Part shown: positions 47,389-57,242 of the stretch, piece by piece
Position numbering within the stretch: the stretch's first letter is position 1
Layout: the number at the start of each line of letters is the position of its first letter
Virus record (IMG/VR): IMGVR_UViG_3300034374_008829
Source of the DNA: an uncultured virus (IMG/VR IMGVR_UViG_3300034374_008829)
Lineage: Duplodnaviria > Heunggongvirae > Uroviricota > Caudoviricetes
DNA: 64,000 nt
Reading direction: 5' to 3' (one strand)
Notes under the pieces: generated by a model
The model's input: only the letters and a program-made list of their open reading frames with translations
Told to the model about the DNA's origin: nothing
The model's database searches: none
Translations under genes and position numbers: made by a program

Positions 47389-48273
47389 TCAGGCAGTAGC
47401 GTCGAAACCGGAGACGCGGGCAGCAGCACGACCGTTGATCAGTGCAAGGCCGCAGTACCACTCAACGCGGGTCACCAGCTGAGGCTGGGAATGATCTTCG
47501 CCCAGTTCGCGGACGCTCACGCCACCATTCTGGATGCCGGTCAGGCCCTCGGGACCGAAGGACACGACATAGAGATCCTGGCTGGCAGGATTGCTGTCGA
47601 GAATAGCGGTGTTGGTGTTGTCGCGATCAACCTCGAGAACAGGCAGACCTGCATACACCAGCTGCTGGTAGCCGAACTCGGAGCGAACAATGTCGATCTG
47701 AGTGTTGGCACGAGCCAGCTTGCTCAGCGCACGACGACCAGACTTGGACATCACGATGTACTTGGAGCCACCTTGGGCATCCACAGCATCGATAGCTTCG
47801 TCAAGCTTGTCGAGGCTCAGGGCACCAGCGCCGTTGGCGAAGTACTGAGAAGAGCCAGTGCCGATACGAGCAGCAAGACCGTCGAATTCAGCAGGGGACT
47901 GGTTGGAATCACCATTGATGAACAGTGCTTCCCAAGCCAGACGCATTGCACGGACACGTGCCTGAATCTGATAAGCCTTAGCCTCAGCGCCTTCCAGTTC
48001 AACAATGGCTTTATCAACACGGATATCGCCACCGAACAGCTTGAGGCTCTCAGACTGTTGGCTCACTTCGCCATAGCTCTCAGCCAGCGAACCGTTGTAG
48101 TTACGGAAGCCGACGTTGGGCAGGCTCTCTTCACGCTTCCAGAACAGGCCGTTGCCTTCGATGTTGCGGAAAGGAAGAGTAGAAAGGAGGGGGCCAGCAG
48201 CAAGCTCGGTCACAACTGCCAGTTCAGCAGGAGTGGTGGCGTGCTTCTGGGCTTCCAGAAGAGTAAGTGCCAT
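47389..48273 (-). CDS. major capsid protein
   Basis: MALTLLEAQK, LPFRNI, FINGDS...EFDGL, RVEWYCGLA. Confidence 0.88.
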   Translation of the reverse strand: MALTLLEAQKHATTPAELAVVTELAAGPLLSTLPFRNIEGNGLFWKREESLPNVGFRNYNGSLAESYGEVSQQSESLKLFGGDIRVDKAIVELEGAEAKAYQIQARVRAMRLAWEALFINGDSNQSPAEFDGLAARIGTGSSQYFANGAGALSLDKLDEAIDAVDAQGGSKYIVMSKSGRRALSKLARANTQIDIVRSEFGYQQLVYAGLPVLEVDRDNTNTAILDSNPASQDLYVVSFGPEGLTGIQNGGVSVRELGEDHSQPQLVTRVEWYCGLALINGRAAARVSGFDATA

Positions 48274-48429
48274 GATGTTTTCCTAAGAGAAAGAAACAGG
48301 AATGGGTGATTAGTCCATGCTGAGCATCCCGCTCACACAAACTTGACACCCCTTCCAGTACCTTCCATCTCGGAAAACACCTTTGGGGTATCGCTAATAG
48401 TAGAGTACCAAGACATTAGTTATACCAAT

Positions 48430-48449
48430 AAAAAAGCCCCTTTCGGGGC
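48430..48449 (-). terminator. intrinsic terminator
   Basis: GCCCC-GAAA-GGGGC followed by a U-tract. Confidence 0.8.
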
Positions 48450-48457
48450 AGTTTTAT

Positions 48458-49174
48458 TTAACTAAATGCTCTCTTGAACAATTCAGTGGTGTTCAGAGAA
48501 CGGAGATCCTCGACTGGAATACCGTTCGCATCAGTACCACCCATGCCAATCCCAGCTCCAGCCCCCTTGGCCCCTTTGAAGAAAGTGCCATAGATTGGAT
48601 GAACCTTATACGATGAAATAAAGTCATCCGGGCTAATTCGTTTGCCCGATTCTTTGTCGAGTACAGGGTCACCGGCAGAATCAACAACTGTCAAACTACC
48701 ATCCGCCTCTTGGCGGAAGCTAGCGCCAATCTGATTCGCCAGCATGTCAAAAAATGAAACGCCATCAGCTGCGTCAGTACGACCGCCAGCGGCATAAAAC
48801 ACTTTTTCCAGAGCATACCGTTTCTGGTACTCCGCAAGTGCTTCTCGTGCTGCCGCAGCCTCCTTAGCCGCCTCAGACGCTTGCTGTGAATACTTCGCTT
48901 CAATTGCATCACGAGCCTCCGAATAGCGAGCTTCGCGCTGTTTGGCTTCGGCTAGTTCTGCTTGAGCAGCCGTCCATTCGTCAGGATTAACACCCTCGAA
49001 TCGCTTCAGTAGCTCGCGTTGCTCTTTAAGTTCGCGCTCAAACTGCTTCCGAGTTTCCCGTTCAGCTTTTAGTGCTTTTACAAGATTTTCGGTTTCAGCA
49101 CGAGGAATCATATCCTCATTGCCACCAGAAGAAGCTGGGGCTTCCATCTCGGGAGCCTTATTTTCTTCAGACAT
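48458..49174 (-). CDS. capsid scaffolding protein
   Basis: Coiled coil LVKALKAER; Gly-rich tail; upstream of the capsid gene. Confidence 0.8.
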   Translation of the reverse strand: MSEENKAPEMEAPASSGGNEDMIPRAETENLVKALKAERETRKQFERELKEQRELLKRFEGVNPDEWTAAQAELAEAKQREARYSEARDAIEAKYSQQASEAAKEAAAAREALAEYQKRYALEKVFYAAGGRTDAADGVSFFDMLANQIGASFRQEADGSLTVVDSAGDPVLDKESGKRISPDDFISSYKVHPIYGTFFKGAKGAGAGIGMGGTDANGIPVEDLRSLNTTELFKRAFS

Positions 49175-49220
49175 AGACAGCGGGTATCACACCCGTAAAA
49201 AGATCGCAGTAGTATGCCGA

Positions 49221-49859
49221 TCAAGGGTATTGACTACACTGCCCAGGTCCAAGATATCTGAGGCTGACTGTTACCGTGGCAGTTAGAGGACCACTGCATC
49301 TTGCGGCGCAGCCACCTAAATCGGTTGACTCCAAAGCAACAGGATCGCTGGGCAAATCTCCATAAGTCTCAAAGATACCAAAAAAAGCTGCAGTTTGGAC
49401 TTGGTAGTTTGTGTTATCAACTCCAGGCGGCCATGGTTGTTGACAAGTCGGGGAATTAACCAATGAGACCGTTGCAGATCTTCCGCCGTCATACCAGTTA
49501 GCCAAGCCACCCGGCGGGGTGCTGCCGGATTCTACACATGGATCTCTGTAGTAATTAGTTGGACATATGCTAGCACCATAACCTCTAAAAAATTTGTAGT
49601 AAATGATACTTCCGTTTTGGTCAACACTGCTCGGCGGTTTATACCATTTGGTTACAAGTGTTCCACTGTCAAGCCTGCAATCTCTTACCCTAGTTATCTC
49701 CCAACATCCCGAGTCTTCGCAATCGCATGCTACAGCATTAAAGATAGCGCCAGCGTCACATGGGTTAGCTGCATCATAGGCAAGGCCATCATTCACGCCA
49801 CCAACGCAGCGACTCTTCTGATTGCACTTCGTCATATCTGCTGGATTAGGTGCTGACAT
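49221..49859 (-). CDS. Cys-rich virion-associated protein
   Basis: Start probably MSAPNPADMTKC; many Cys. Confidence 0.6.
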   Translation of the reverse strand: MSAPNPADMTKCNQKSRCVGGVNDGLAYDAANPCDAGAIFNAVACDCEDSGCWEITRVRDCRLDSGTLVTKWYKPPSSVDQNGSIIYYKFFRGYGASICPTNYYRDPCVESGSTPPGGLANWYDGGRSATVSLVNSPTCQQPWPPGVDNTNYQVQTAAFFGIFETYGDLPSDPVALESTDLGGCAARCSGPLTATVTVSLRYLGPGQCSQYP

Positions 49860-49860
49860 C

Positions 49861-50241
49861 TCAACGACTCCACTTCTGTTTAGGGCAAAGTTGATCGGGA
49901 TCTCCACCGATCCATGTCTTGGCTTCCATGAAACAACCACATTCCGAGCAACGCTTGCTGTCCTCAATGAAGAACTGGCAGCTTTTGCATGTCTCGTAAC
50001 GCTCGTTGCGAATTTCCTCCGAGATCTTGCCATGGACAATCACTTGTCCCACGTTTCTTGCGAGCCCTTTAGCCATCTGACCTAGCCCAGCATTAACTTT
50101 GGTCTCATGCCTTCCTGCTGGCTTAGACTTATGAATCGCGTGGGTTGCGATTATTAGTTCGTCATGGCGATCCCTGGGCCACGCTGAGACAGGACCCATT
50201 GGTCGAATCCCGTCACAACTTAGCTCCTCGAGAATGTCCAT
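49861..50241 (-). CDS. Zn-ribbon-like Cys protein
   Basis: RYETCKSC...RCSECGCFMEAK...CPKQKW. Confidence 0.7.
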   Translation of the reverse strand: MDILEELSCDGIRPMGPVSAWPRDRHDELIIATHAIHKSKPAGRHETKVNAGLGQMAKGLARNVGQVIVHGKISEEIRNERYETCKSCQFFIEDSKRCSECGCFMEAKTWIGGDPDQLCPKQKWSR

Positions 50242-50272
50242 GCCTAATCAAAAATCTGGGCTAGTATGCCCA

Positions 50273-51073
50273 TCAGCTATCAGGGAATGGATCCGTGGGA
50301 GGTGTGAAGTCGGCAGTGTATCGCGCCACGCCTTTTGTGACCCGCACGTCATCCATGTAGAACTGGTTACTAGTGGTCTGGCGATTGCCGAAACCAAGCC
50401 AGTTAGACATGTTGAGAGAATCGGCCCATGCTGCAGTGCTCGTACTCTTGACGCCATCTAGGAACAGGCGAATCTCTGTTTCTCCAATTCGTACCATTGC
50501 GACGTGAACCCATTGCCCCGTCGGTACAGCGTCCTGGTGGTTAAACGCCCCTGTGCTGCTGAAGTTGCGTGTTGCACGGATCGCTGCAACGCCGGAACCA
50601 GAACTCGTAGATACCAAGTTGATACAGAAGTCTGTTGCTCCGACCATCTCGAAAATCGCATAGGTAGAACCATTACTGCTGCTGCCGTAGAAGCTGTCCA
50701 CATACAACCAGAACTCCACCGTGAACTCTTCTCGCAATCCAATGTCAAGCTCGTCGCCGCTTGCACTCGGGTAGCTAACAAAGGCGTTAGAACCAGTGTT
50801 GAAGTTGAAGCTGGCGGTGCCGAACTTCTTGACGGATGTAGTTAGAGCGGCGCTACCGCTGTAGCTCATCGTCAGGTTCTGACTGCTGGAGTCTGTAAAG
50901 GTAGTGCTGCCGTTAGTGCCGTCTCCGTGCATTAGAAGTGTGACATTGGCAAAGTCAGGATCAGTGGCGGCCCCACCCGCTTCCCAGGCCAAGTTGGATC
51001 CTACGTAAATCTTGGATACATCGTTAGAGCCAACTTTGACTCCACTAAACTCAGAGCTTCCAAAGTATCCCAT
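50273..51073 (-). CDS. LamG/ConA-like lectin-domain fibre protein
   Basis: LLMHGDG, FTVEFW, WVHVAMVR, DDVRVTKGVARY. Confidence 0.82.
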   Translation of the reverse strand: MGYFGSSEFSGVKVGSNDVSKIYVGSNLAWEAGGAATDPDFANVTLLMHGDGTNGSTTFTDSSSQNLTMSYSGSAALTTSVKKFGTASFNFNTGSNAFVSYPSASGDELDIGLREEFTVEFWLYVDSFYGSSSNGSTYAIFEMVGATDFCINLVSTSSGSGVAAIRATRNFSSTGAFNHQDAVPTGQWVHVAMVRIGETEIRLFLDGVKSTSTAAWADSLNMSNWLGFGNRQTTSNQFYMDDVRVTKGVARYTADFTPPTDPFPDS

Positions 51074-51471
51074 TATACAATGAAGTAAACAGTGCCGGCG
51101 TCAGGAGTGCCTAGTGCGTCGTAATTTGCTTGAGAGATGGTTACGATATTTAAGACTTGACTGGAGCCAGTGCCACCAGTAGTGGTATCAGATGTAACGA
51201 CGTCTCCAGGCTCCCATTCGCTGTTAGAGTTATTCCAAACTAGCGCCTGATTGTCAGTTGGTGCGGCAGTAGTTGTATCTACATCGGAAAGTTCACCAAT
51301 AGAAGTTGCACCGCCCGTTGCAACCAGGGAACCGCCCTCAATCACGTATAGCTTATCTTCATCTTTGGCGTATACAACCTCGCCTTCCAGTAAATCTGAT
51401 ACGTTTGCGGTCAACGTACTCTTCAGCCCACGAGCGACTCTTACAGGTACGCGGTTAGAAGGTACTGCCAC
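51073..51471 (-). CDS. fibre adaptor (Mtd-N-like)
   Basis: VARG...EGEVVYAKDED; SQANYDAL...GTVYFIV C-module. Confidence 0.65.
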   Translation of the reverse strand: MAVPSNRVPVRVARGLKSTLTANVSDLLEGEVVYAKDEDKLYVIEGGSLVATGGATSIGELSDVDTTTAAPTDNQALVWNNSNSEWEPGDVVTSDTTTGGTGSSQVLNIVTISQANYDALGTPDAGTVYFIV

Positions 51472-51498
51472 GGGGCAAAAACAACTAGGCTAGTTTTC

Positions 51499-51855
51499 CT
51501 AGGTAATATCGCCTCCATCGGCGATTCCAATTACTACAAGTTCAACCGGCTTGTCCTCTGCTGTTGTATCTATGTCGCCGCCGCCATAAATAGCAAAAAC
51601 AAAAGCGCTGTCTACAGTAAAGGTATCAATGTCGCCGCCATCTCCGCGTCCTAAAGTGCCACCCCCGCCGCCAGAGATTGTTACAATGTCGCCAACTGAG
51701 TCGACGGTATAAAGCTTGGCAGATCCAGCCTCTCGGCCAATAACTATTTCACCTTGCTGGATTTCGTCTGTGCCACCACTCTCGATAGCAGCTTCGATAG
51801 TAGCTCTAACGTCTGTGGAGTTCTTTAAGATAATCCTATCAGGAAAAACCGCCAC
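51499..51855 (-). CDS. small adaptor with xGGDI repeats
   Basis: Three [D/G]GGDI motifs. Confidence 0.6.
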   Translation of the reverse strand: MAVFPDRIILKNSTDVRATIEAAIESGGTDEIQQGEIVIGREAGSAKLYTVDSVGDIVTISGGGGGTLGRGDGGDIDTFTVDSAFVFAIYGGGDIDTTAEDKPVELVVIGIADGGDIT

Positions 51856-51901
51856 GGCGACACGGGAGCTGAGCTAGGTTGCCTAGATTGTGCTTGTTGC
51901 C

Positions 51902-53035
51902 TTAGCAGGAAGGATCTGCGTAGCATTTGCCATCAGTGCCACACAATTGACAGTTGGGACAGTCGTTATGGCAATTGCAATCAGCTGCAAAACATTTTTC
52001 TGGAACATCGCTGACATCGCATTCGTCATATAGCAAACATCCTTGACCACCTGCTTCAATGCAACCAGTTGCCGTGTTGCGCTTACCCGGCTGGTTCGCA
52101 GGGACACTCGGACATGTTCCAGACTGACATAGCGTTTTACTGACGCACACACCCTCGCAGGGGTCCACCTCTTTAGGACCGCAAGCTTCAGCGCAATCTT
52201 GAGCAATCGAATCTTGGCACTTATTTACGATAGTCAGTCCATCAGTACCGATTGGCTGGCAGCACGTCTTAGAGATTTCGACGCCACATGAACACGGTTG
52301 ATTGTAAATTGTAACGCACTCTTGGCAGTTGCTGTTATCTTCTACGATGCTGCCATTCTCGTCACATCTGTGACACTCAGGAATCGGATCGTTCCCGCAA
52401 TGGCATGGGCCACCGCTTGCTAGCGGTCTGCACACACCGCTAACACTGACGAAAGTCTCGTCACAGTAGCTGCACTCATCACAAGCCAAGCCGCTACACC
52501 CTTCAGCCTCCTCTCCGGTAGAGGAAGAATAGGCAGTGCAGAAAACGCTGCATCCTGTTTGCTCCGGTTCACCGCAATAGCAGTTCACCGTGCCAAGTGC
52601 ATCATATCGACATGTTCTAACGCCCGTTGGGCAGTCGCTATCCATGCCACCGCCGCACTCAGCCAAGGAGCAGCCTGTCACAGTGCATCCGTCTGCCGAG
52701 TATGTAGGAACCCACTGAAAGGATTTAGTGCCTACACCATTGGCGAATATAAATCCCCTATTGGAAGCATCTTGAGCGGTCATCCCCTGCGAGATTGTCA
52801 GGGCATTACACCCACCACCGCCTGTTCCTTCACCGCATGTGCCACCAGTAGAACTTTGTTGCGAGCTTTTTTGCACGCACCTGCCACCAGCGCAAGAAAA
52901 ACCAGACGCACAATCCGCAGAACTACGGCAGGCACTGCCGCCAAAAACCGTATTAAAATTACCAGTATTCAGGAAGTCATTAGCCGCCTGCTGAGGAGTC
53001 GTGCGACCTGTAAAGTCCCAGTTACCCCAACTCAT
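51902..53035 (-). CDS. extremely Cys-rich protein
   Basis: CRSSADCASGFSCAGGRC and many further Cys clusters. Confidence 0.7.
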   Translation of the reverse strand: MSWGNWDFTGRTTPQQAANDFLNTGNFNTVFGGSACRSSADCASGFSCAGGRCVQKSSQQSSTGGTCGEGTGGGGCNALTISQGMTAQDASNRGFIFANGVGTKSFQWVPTYSADGCTVTGCSLAECGGGMDSDCPTGVRTCRYDALGTVNCYCGEPEQTGCSVFCTAYSSSTGEEAEGCSGLACDECSYCDETFVSVSGVCRPLASGGPCHCGNDPIPECHRCDENGSIVEDNSNCQECVTIYNQPCSCGVEISKTCCQPIGTDGLTIVNKCQDSIAQDCAEACGPKEVDPCEGVCVSKTLCQSGTCPSVPANQPGKRNTATGCIEAGGQGCLLYDECDVSDVPEKCFAADCNCHNDCPNCQLCGTDGKCYADPSC

Positions 53036-53053
53036 CCTGACAAGTCAGCTGGA

Positions 53054-53392
53054 TTAGAATGCCAAGGGGTTATAAAAGCTTGCGTTGGGATCGTATGGCT
53101 TACCTGTACGAGGATCCAAGAAAAAGGTTACACTGACTCGCTTCCATGTGGTTGAGTTGATTGCCACAAAAAGCCTGACGTAATTCGGTAAGGCTGGGTC
53201 GGAATATGCCACTACTTGTCCCGCACAATCAGGCAGAGTGCTGACGCTAGTGCCCCCGGTCTGAATGAATGAGGAGTTAGTAATTGGGTCAACTGGCCAG
53301 ATTGAAATACATACAGGGGGCGGAGTCTCTCTCCCGCTTTCGCCGTCCCGCTTCGCGGACTTGACTACGAGTCGAGGATTCTCGATACTCAT
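53054..53392 (-). CDS. hypothetical tail-region protein
   Basis: 112 aa; shares GQxVAxY...LxV pattern with the upstream ORF. Confidence 0.6.
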   Translation of the reverse strand: MSIENPRLVVKSAKRDGESGRETPPPVCISIWPVDPITNSSFIQTGGTSVSTLPDCAGQVVAYSDPALPNYVRLFVAINSTTWKRVSVTFFLDPRTGKPYDPNASFYNPLAF

Positions 53393-53604
53393 TGGACGAC
53401 CTTAAGGAATCGGTTACCTGCTCGATTCACAACGTACAGCTCGAAACGCTCAGTTGAGCCGTTGTACCAAGCAACCAATTGTCCAGGGGACCTAAGCGGA
53501 GAAAATACCTCACCTGCCACTGGCTGAGTCGTAAGTATTTCTAACGCAAAAACAGGATTGTCTTGAACGTTTTGACTAGCAATAGCAGAAGGATTGATTG
53601 CCAT
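53389..53604 (-). CDS. hypothetical tail-region protein
   Basis: Start MAINPSA. Confidence 0.55.
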   Translation of the reverse strand: MAINPSAIASQNVQDNPVFALEILTTQPVAGEVFSPLRSPGQLVAWYNGSTERFELYVVNRAGNRFLKVVQ

Positions 53605-53605
53605 G

Positions 53606-53869
53606 TTACCACTTGCTGTAATACACGCCTTTTGCGAATGACATTTCGACCGCAGTACCCGCTGAGAGGGAAGTAAACCCAATAGGCTTGGTTACATATT
53701 GCTTAGAATTGTATTCAACAATTCCAGCACCATTCGAGTCAAGCTTAACCCAACGGCCAGTAACACTGCCGTCAAAATCGCCTTGGATTTGCTGTTTCAG
53801 ATCAAGTCGCTCGAGGTCAACCAATCGTTGAGCCTCGGCAATATTTAGAATGTCATCCAAAAGCGCCAT
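53606..53869 (-). CDS. putative tail tip/spike protein
   Basis: 87 aa, OB-like beta pattern. Confidence 0.5.
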   Translation of the reverse strand: MALLDDILNIAEAQRLVDLERLDLKQQIQGDFDGSVTGRWVKLDSNGAGIVEYNSKQYVTKPIGFTSLSAGTAVEMSFAKGVYYSKW

Positions 53870-54597
53870 CAGACTGTGTAGTAGCCAAATTGCTTGAGGT
53901 TCCAGTAGAAGACCGTCTCATTGCCTCCGCTGAGGCTGACGGCACTTGGGGTCTGCGCAACCGACAAAAGCTGCTGAGAGCTGCTGTAGACGGTGTCAGC
54001 GCTCGTTGTAATGCCACCAGCAGAGGCAGCTACTGCACCAGCTGCAACCAAAGCCGCTTCCTGAATCTGAACCGAATCAGAGGCTGCATAACCGTATCCA
54101 GCTTGCTTGATTGTCAGGGAATAGTCCAAGGCAGCAGCGCCGGAATTTGTAATCGTTAGATCAACAGTTAGGCCTGTACCAGAACCTCCAGTGATAGTCG
54201 GAAGATCAGTATAAGTACCATTGACACCAGCTGAAGGGTATGCAGTGTTTGTCCCAATGCCAGTAACGTTTCCATTGCCCTCTACAAGGGCTACGTGAGA
54301 AAAGGAAATTGCCGTAGAGCCGCCGTCATGCGTAAAGATTGTCGTTTTAGTCGACAGAGCCACGCCATCATCGCTGTAGGCGCTTACATCACCACCAGCG
54401 TAGGCAATAACTTGACGAACATAGCCACCAGTGCCAGCAGTAACCTCATTACCCAGGAACGTGGCGTCAACAGTCGTGCCAGGAATATAGCTTGTGCCAG
54501 GCGCATTAATCAGCCACGCTTCGTAATACTTACCTACGAAACGATTGGTGACCTGTGCCGTTAGCTCGGCGGGCGAGATCTTAGCGGCAATCGCCAT
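53869..54597 (-). CDS. tail/baseplate protein
   Basis: EVTAGTGGYVRQ; G/T-rich insert. Confidence 0.6.
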   Translation of the reverse strand: MAIAAKISPAELTAQVTNRFVGKYYEAWLINAPGTSYIPGTTVDATFLGNEVTAGTGGYVRQVIAYAGGDVSAYSDDGVALSTKTTIFTHDGGSTAISFSHVALVEGNGNVTGIGTNTAYPSAGVNGTYTDLPTITGGSGTGLTVDLTITNSGAAALDYSLTIKQAGYGYAASDSVQIQEAALVAAGAVAASAGGITTSADTVYSSSQQLLSVAQTPSAVSLSGGNETVFYWNLKQFGYYTV

Positions 54598-54627
54598 GGC
54601 ACGACATTAGAATCGTCCGTAGGATTC

Positions 54628-56820
54628 CTATGAGGCAAAGATGTCGGCGTCGACGACTGTTGCGTTGCTCGTAATAACGCTACCCAAGTAGCTAGCGGGA
54701 ATCCCACCGTTAGGATCAATATTTAGAACATCGCCAGCCGTGACAATCAGACCACCAACAAAACAGGTGAAAGCTGCATTAACGTTGGCAGTCTCCTCTT
54801 CTGGAGCAAGGATAGCGGGCTCGAAGTAGGTAGCCAGATCTTGCGTCATAAAGTGAACGTCAATATCGAACACATAGCTACCAGAATCGACATTGGTTTC
54901 TCCACTGACAGACGGAGGTGAGCCAGGCGTAGACCCTGTGCCGACAATGTTGTCAGGGATGGTTACACTGCCGTCAGAGAATCCGATCCAGATGCCATTC
55001 ATGGCAACTACGGATCCCTCTGCGCTTACACCCCACTGGCATGCGTCCATTCGCATAGCCATCAGCTTACCCTTGGTACTGTCGTAGTAACGGAATGGGC
55101 GACCGGGGTGCCATCCAGTGGCGATTTCTTCGCGTAAAGCTTCGGCTAATTGAATGCCATATGCATCGCCCTTGATCCAACGTTCAATATAATTAGAGTA
55201 ATCTGCTACTGCAGTATCGATCTCGCCCTGCGTGTCAAACAAAAGGGGCACAGGGATAGATTCCTTAGCAATATAAGGTCCAGATTCGGTAGGAGGTGAT
55301 TGATAACGACTAGTATACAAATACAAAGTAGTTGTTTTGTCGACTGTCGAAGTCGTGGGAGTATTTACTAGATCGGGAATCAGAGGGTTAGCGCTAATCG
55401 TGGTAGAGATGCGTCGCTCAAAGGTTTTAATTCCATTGAGTGCATCAATATTGCCCGTAATACCGGAACCCCTAGCAGTGATACTGGTATAAGTCGTAGT
55501 CTCTTCAGTGTTGGAGTTGTTGGCATAGGTGTACTCAACGGTGACGCTACTCACCCGGTACATATCAGTAAGACTCAGTGTGGTGAAGTCTTGAGGTGCA
55601 CCGTTGACGATTCCAGAACGCCAGTTAAAGGGCTGAGCACCAGAAGCAGTTGTTGCATACGTATCGGTGACAGTCTTAACTAGTTCATTAGCAGTCCCGT
55701 AATAGTTCACCTGCTCGCTATAGGTAAGCAAGACTTCGTCCATACCATCAGTGGGACAGCCCCCGTTGGGCTGACATGCAGTCGCCCAGGTATACCTGCA
55801 ATAAGCGAACTTATCAGCGAAATATTGCTGATTAGCCTCTAGGGCAGGACCACGAACCTCGCTATACACACGGGAGACTTGACCTGCGGGGCCGTTATAT
55901 TCAGTACGGCGGGTTTCACGGCGCTTGGCAGGCAGAATCAGAGGTGTCTGTTTGGTCTCGTAGCCCTCGTTGCAGGAAGGAGTGCCGTTGTCTGCGGGCT
56001 GGGTTGGAGTATTACCGCAAGTACTTGTGGTACCAGTAGAAGATGACGATGTCTGAGTTCCGGTGACACTGGTCAATGTGCCGTCGTTGACACGCTGGTA
56101 AACAACAGCAGGATACGTCAGGTAGTAATAAGAATCGCTCTCGGTGATGTCAACTTTTCCAGCTTGATCGCTGGCTACCTCATCGGAAGGAGCTTGGTAA
56201 GACAGCTCGATCTGGTCGGGGATTGCTCGAGTGCCAGCAAGTGGTTTCGCGGAAAGTGCTGTGACACCAAGTACCGAAGTCCAGTCACCAGTCGCTACAC
56301 CAGCAGTACTGTCGCCATCGAAGAAAGTGCCGGAGACTAGGGCACCCTGGTTATCTTGATACAAGTATTGACCAGCGGAAGCAAAGGCAGCAGCAACATT
56401 AGAGTAACTGCGCTGAGCAACGTCAAGATAAATCGGACTCAGAGCTACAAGATCATCAACCTGATCGGTCAATGCAGCCAGAACCAATCGACAGCCAATC
56501 TCTACGGTAAGCTGGCCCTCCTCGGGCTCGTAAGAGGTGGACAAAACATAAAGCAAGCCGCGAGGATGTCGAGCGACTGTGCCGTCTGGGTAAGTTACTT
56601 CAAGAATGACGGGAATGCCCCGCTTAAAATTATCTCGGTCGTAATCTTCTGTATTGTATCCACCGGGGACTTGCCCAAGAATTACGGTTCCTGCAGTTGA
56701 GATCAGTCCATTTTTATTTGCGGAACTGTCGCTGCAGGTCCAAGAAACCAACGATCCTGTGTAGTCAGAGCCTCCGATAGACAGACTGTGAACGCGAGTT
56801 TGATTAACAAGGTAAGACAT
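54628..56820 (-). CDS. putative tail hub/baseplate protein
   Basis: 730 aa, downstream of the tape measure and Dit-like gene. Confidence 0.6.
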   Translation of the reverse strand: MSYLVNQTRVHSLSIGGSDYTGSLVSWTCSDSSANKNGLISTAGTVILGQVPGGYNTEDYDRDNFKRGIPVILEVTYPDGTVARHPRGLLYVLSTSYEPEEGQLTVEIGCRLVLAALTDQVDDLVALSPIYLDVAQRSYSNVAAAFASAGQYLYQDNQGALVSGTFFDGDSTAGVATGDWTSVLGVTALSAKPLAGTRAIPDQIELSYQAPSDEVASDQAGKVDITESDSYYYLTYPAVVYQRVNDGTLTSVTGTQTSSSSTGTTSTCGNTPTQPADNGTPSCNEGYETKQTPLILPAKRRETRRTEYNGPAGQVSRVYSEVRGPALEANQQYFADKFAYCRYTWATACQPNGGCPTDGMDEVLLTYSEQVNYYGTANELVKTVTDTYATTASGAQPFNWRSGIVNGAPQDFTTLSLTDMYRVSSVTVEYTYANNSNTEETTTYTSITARGSGITGNIDALNGIKTFERRISTTISANPLIPDLVNTPTTSTVDKTTTLYLYTSRYQSPPTESGPYIAKESIPVPLLFDTQGEIDTAVADYSNYIERWIKGDAYGIQLAEALREEIATGWHPGRPFRYYDSTKGKLMAMRMDACQWGVSAEGSVVAMNGIWIGFSDGSVTIPDNIVGTGSTPGSPPSVSGETNVDSGSYVFDIDVHFMTQDLATYFEPAILAPEEETANVNAAFTCFVGGLIVTAGDVLNIDPNGGIPASYLGSVITSNATVVDADIFAS

Positions 56821-56821
56821 T

Positions 56822-57223
56822 TCAAACCTCCGTCAAACCAAAGCTCACCAATACAAAAGCAGGACCCCACCTGTCATAGGTTGGGTTAGTGCTGAATACT
56901 GCATTAGTACTTACCTGAGGACCAAACATATCATCGACAACTGCCACAGCAGCAGCCAAGCCATTTGAGCGGTCGGTGTCCCAAGCCTTGAACATCGCGT
57001 CAAAAGTAACGGCGTCAGCCTTGGCAATCGGAGTGGAAATTGCCCAAAGATACTTTTGACTATAAGGGGCTCCAGTAATTATATTTGCGCCGTTGGCAGA
57101 ATTACTAAACGAAAAACCGTCTAAATATGTTCTAGGTAATTCAGTTCCAGTAAACTCAGTAAAAGTAAAGCTGTAGCTTGGCGACCCAGCATTCGGCGTA
57201 AAAGACACTCCTATCTGGGACAT
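56822..57223 (-). CDS. putative distal tail protein
   Basis: 133 aa; ends VSFGLTEV; position. Confidence 0.55.
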   Translation of the reverse strand: MSQIGVSFTPNAGSPSYSFTFTEFTGTELPRTYLDGFSFSNSANGANIITGAPYSQKYLWAISTPIAKADAVTFDAMFKAWDTDRSNGLAAAVAVVDDMFGPQVSTNAVFSTNPTYDRWGPAFVLVSFGLTEV

Positions 57224-57242
57224 TTAAGGGCACCGAGCTTGA

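Noticed and set aside
47365..48309. 314-aa plus-strand ORF, and similar antisense ORFs such as 28827..29558 and 52559..53155
   Set aside because: Antisense shadows of well-supported genes with biased codon usage
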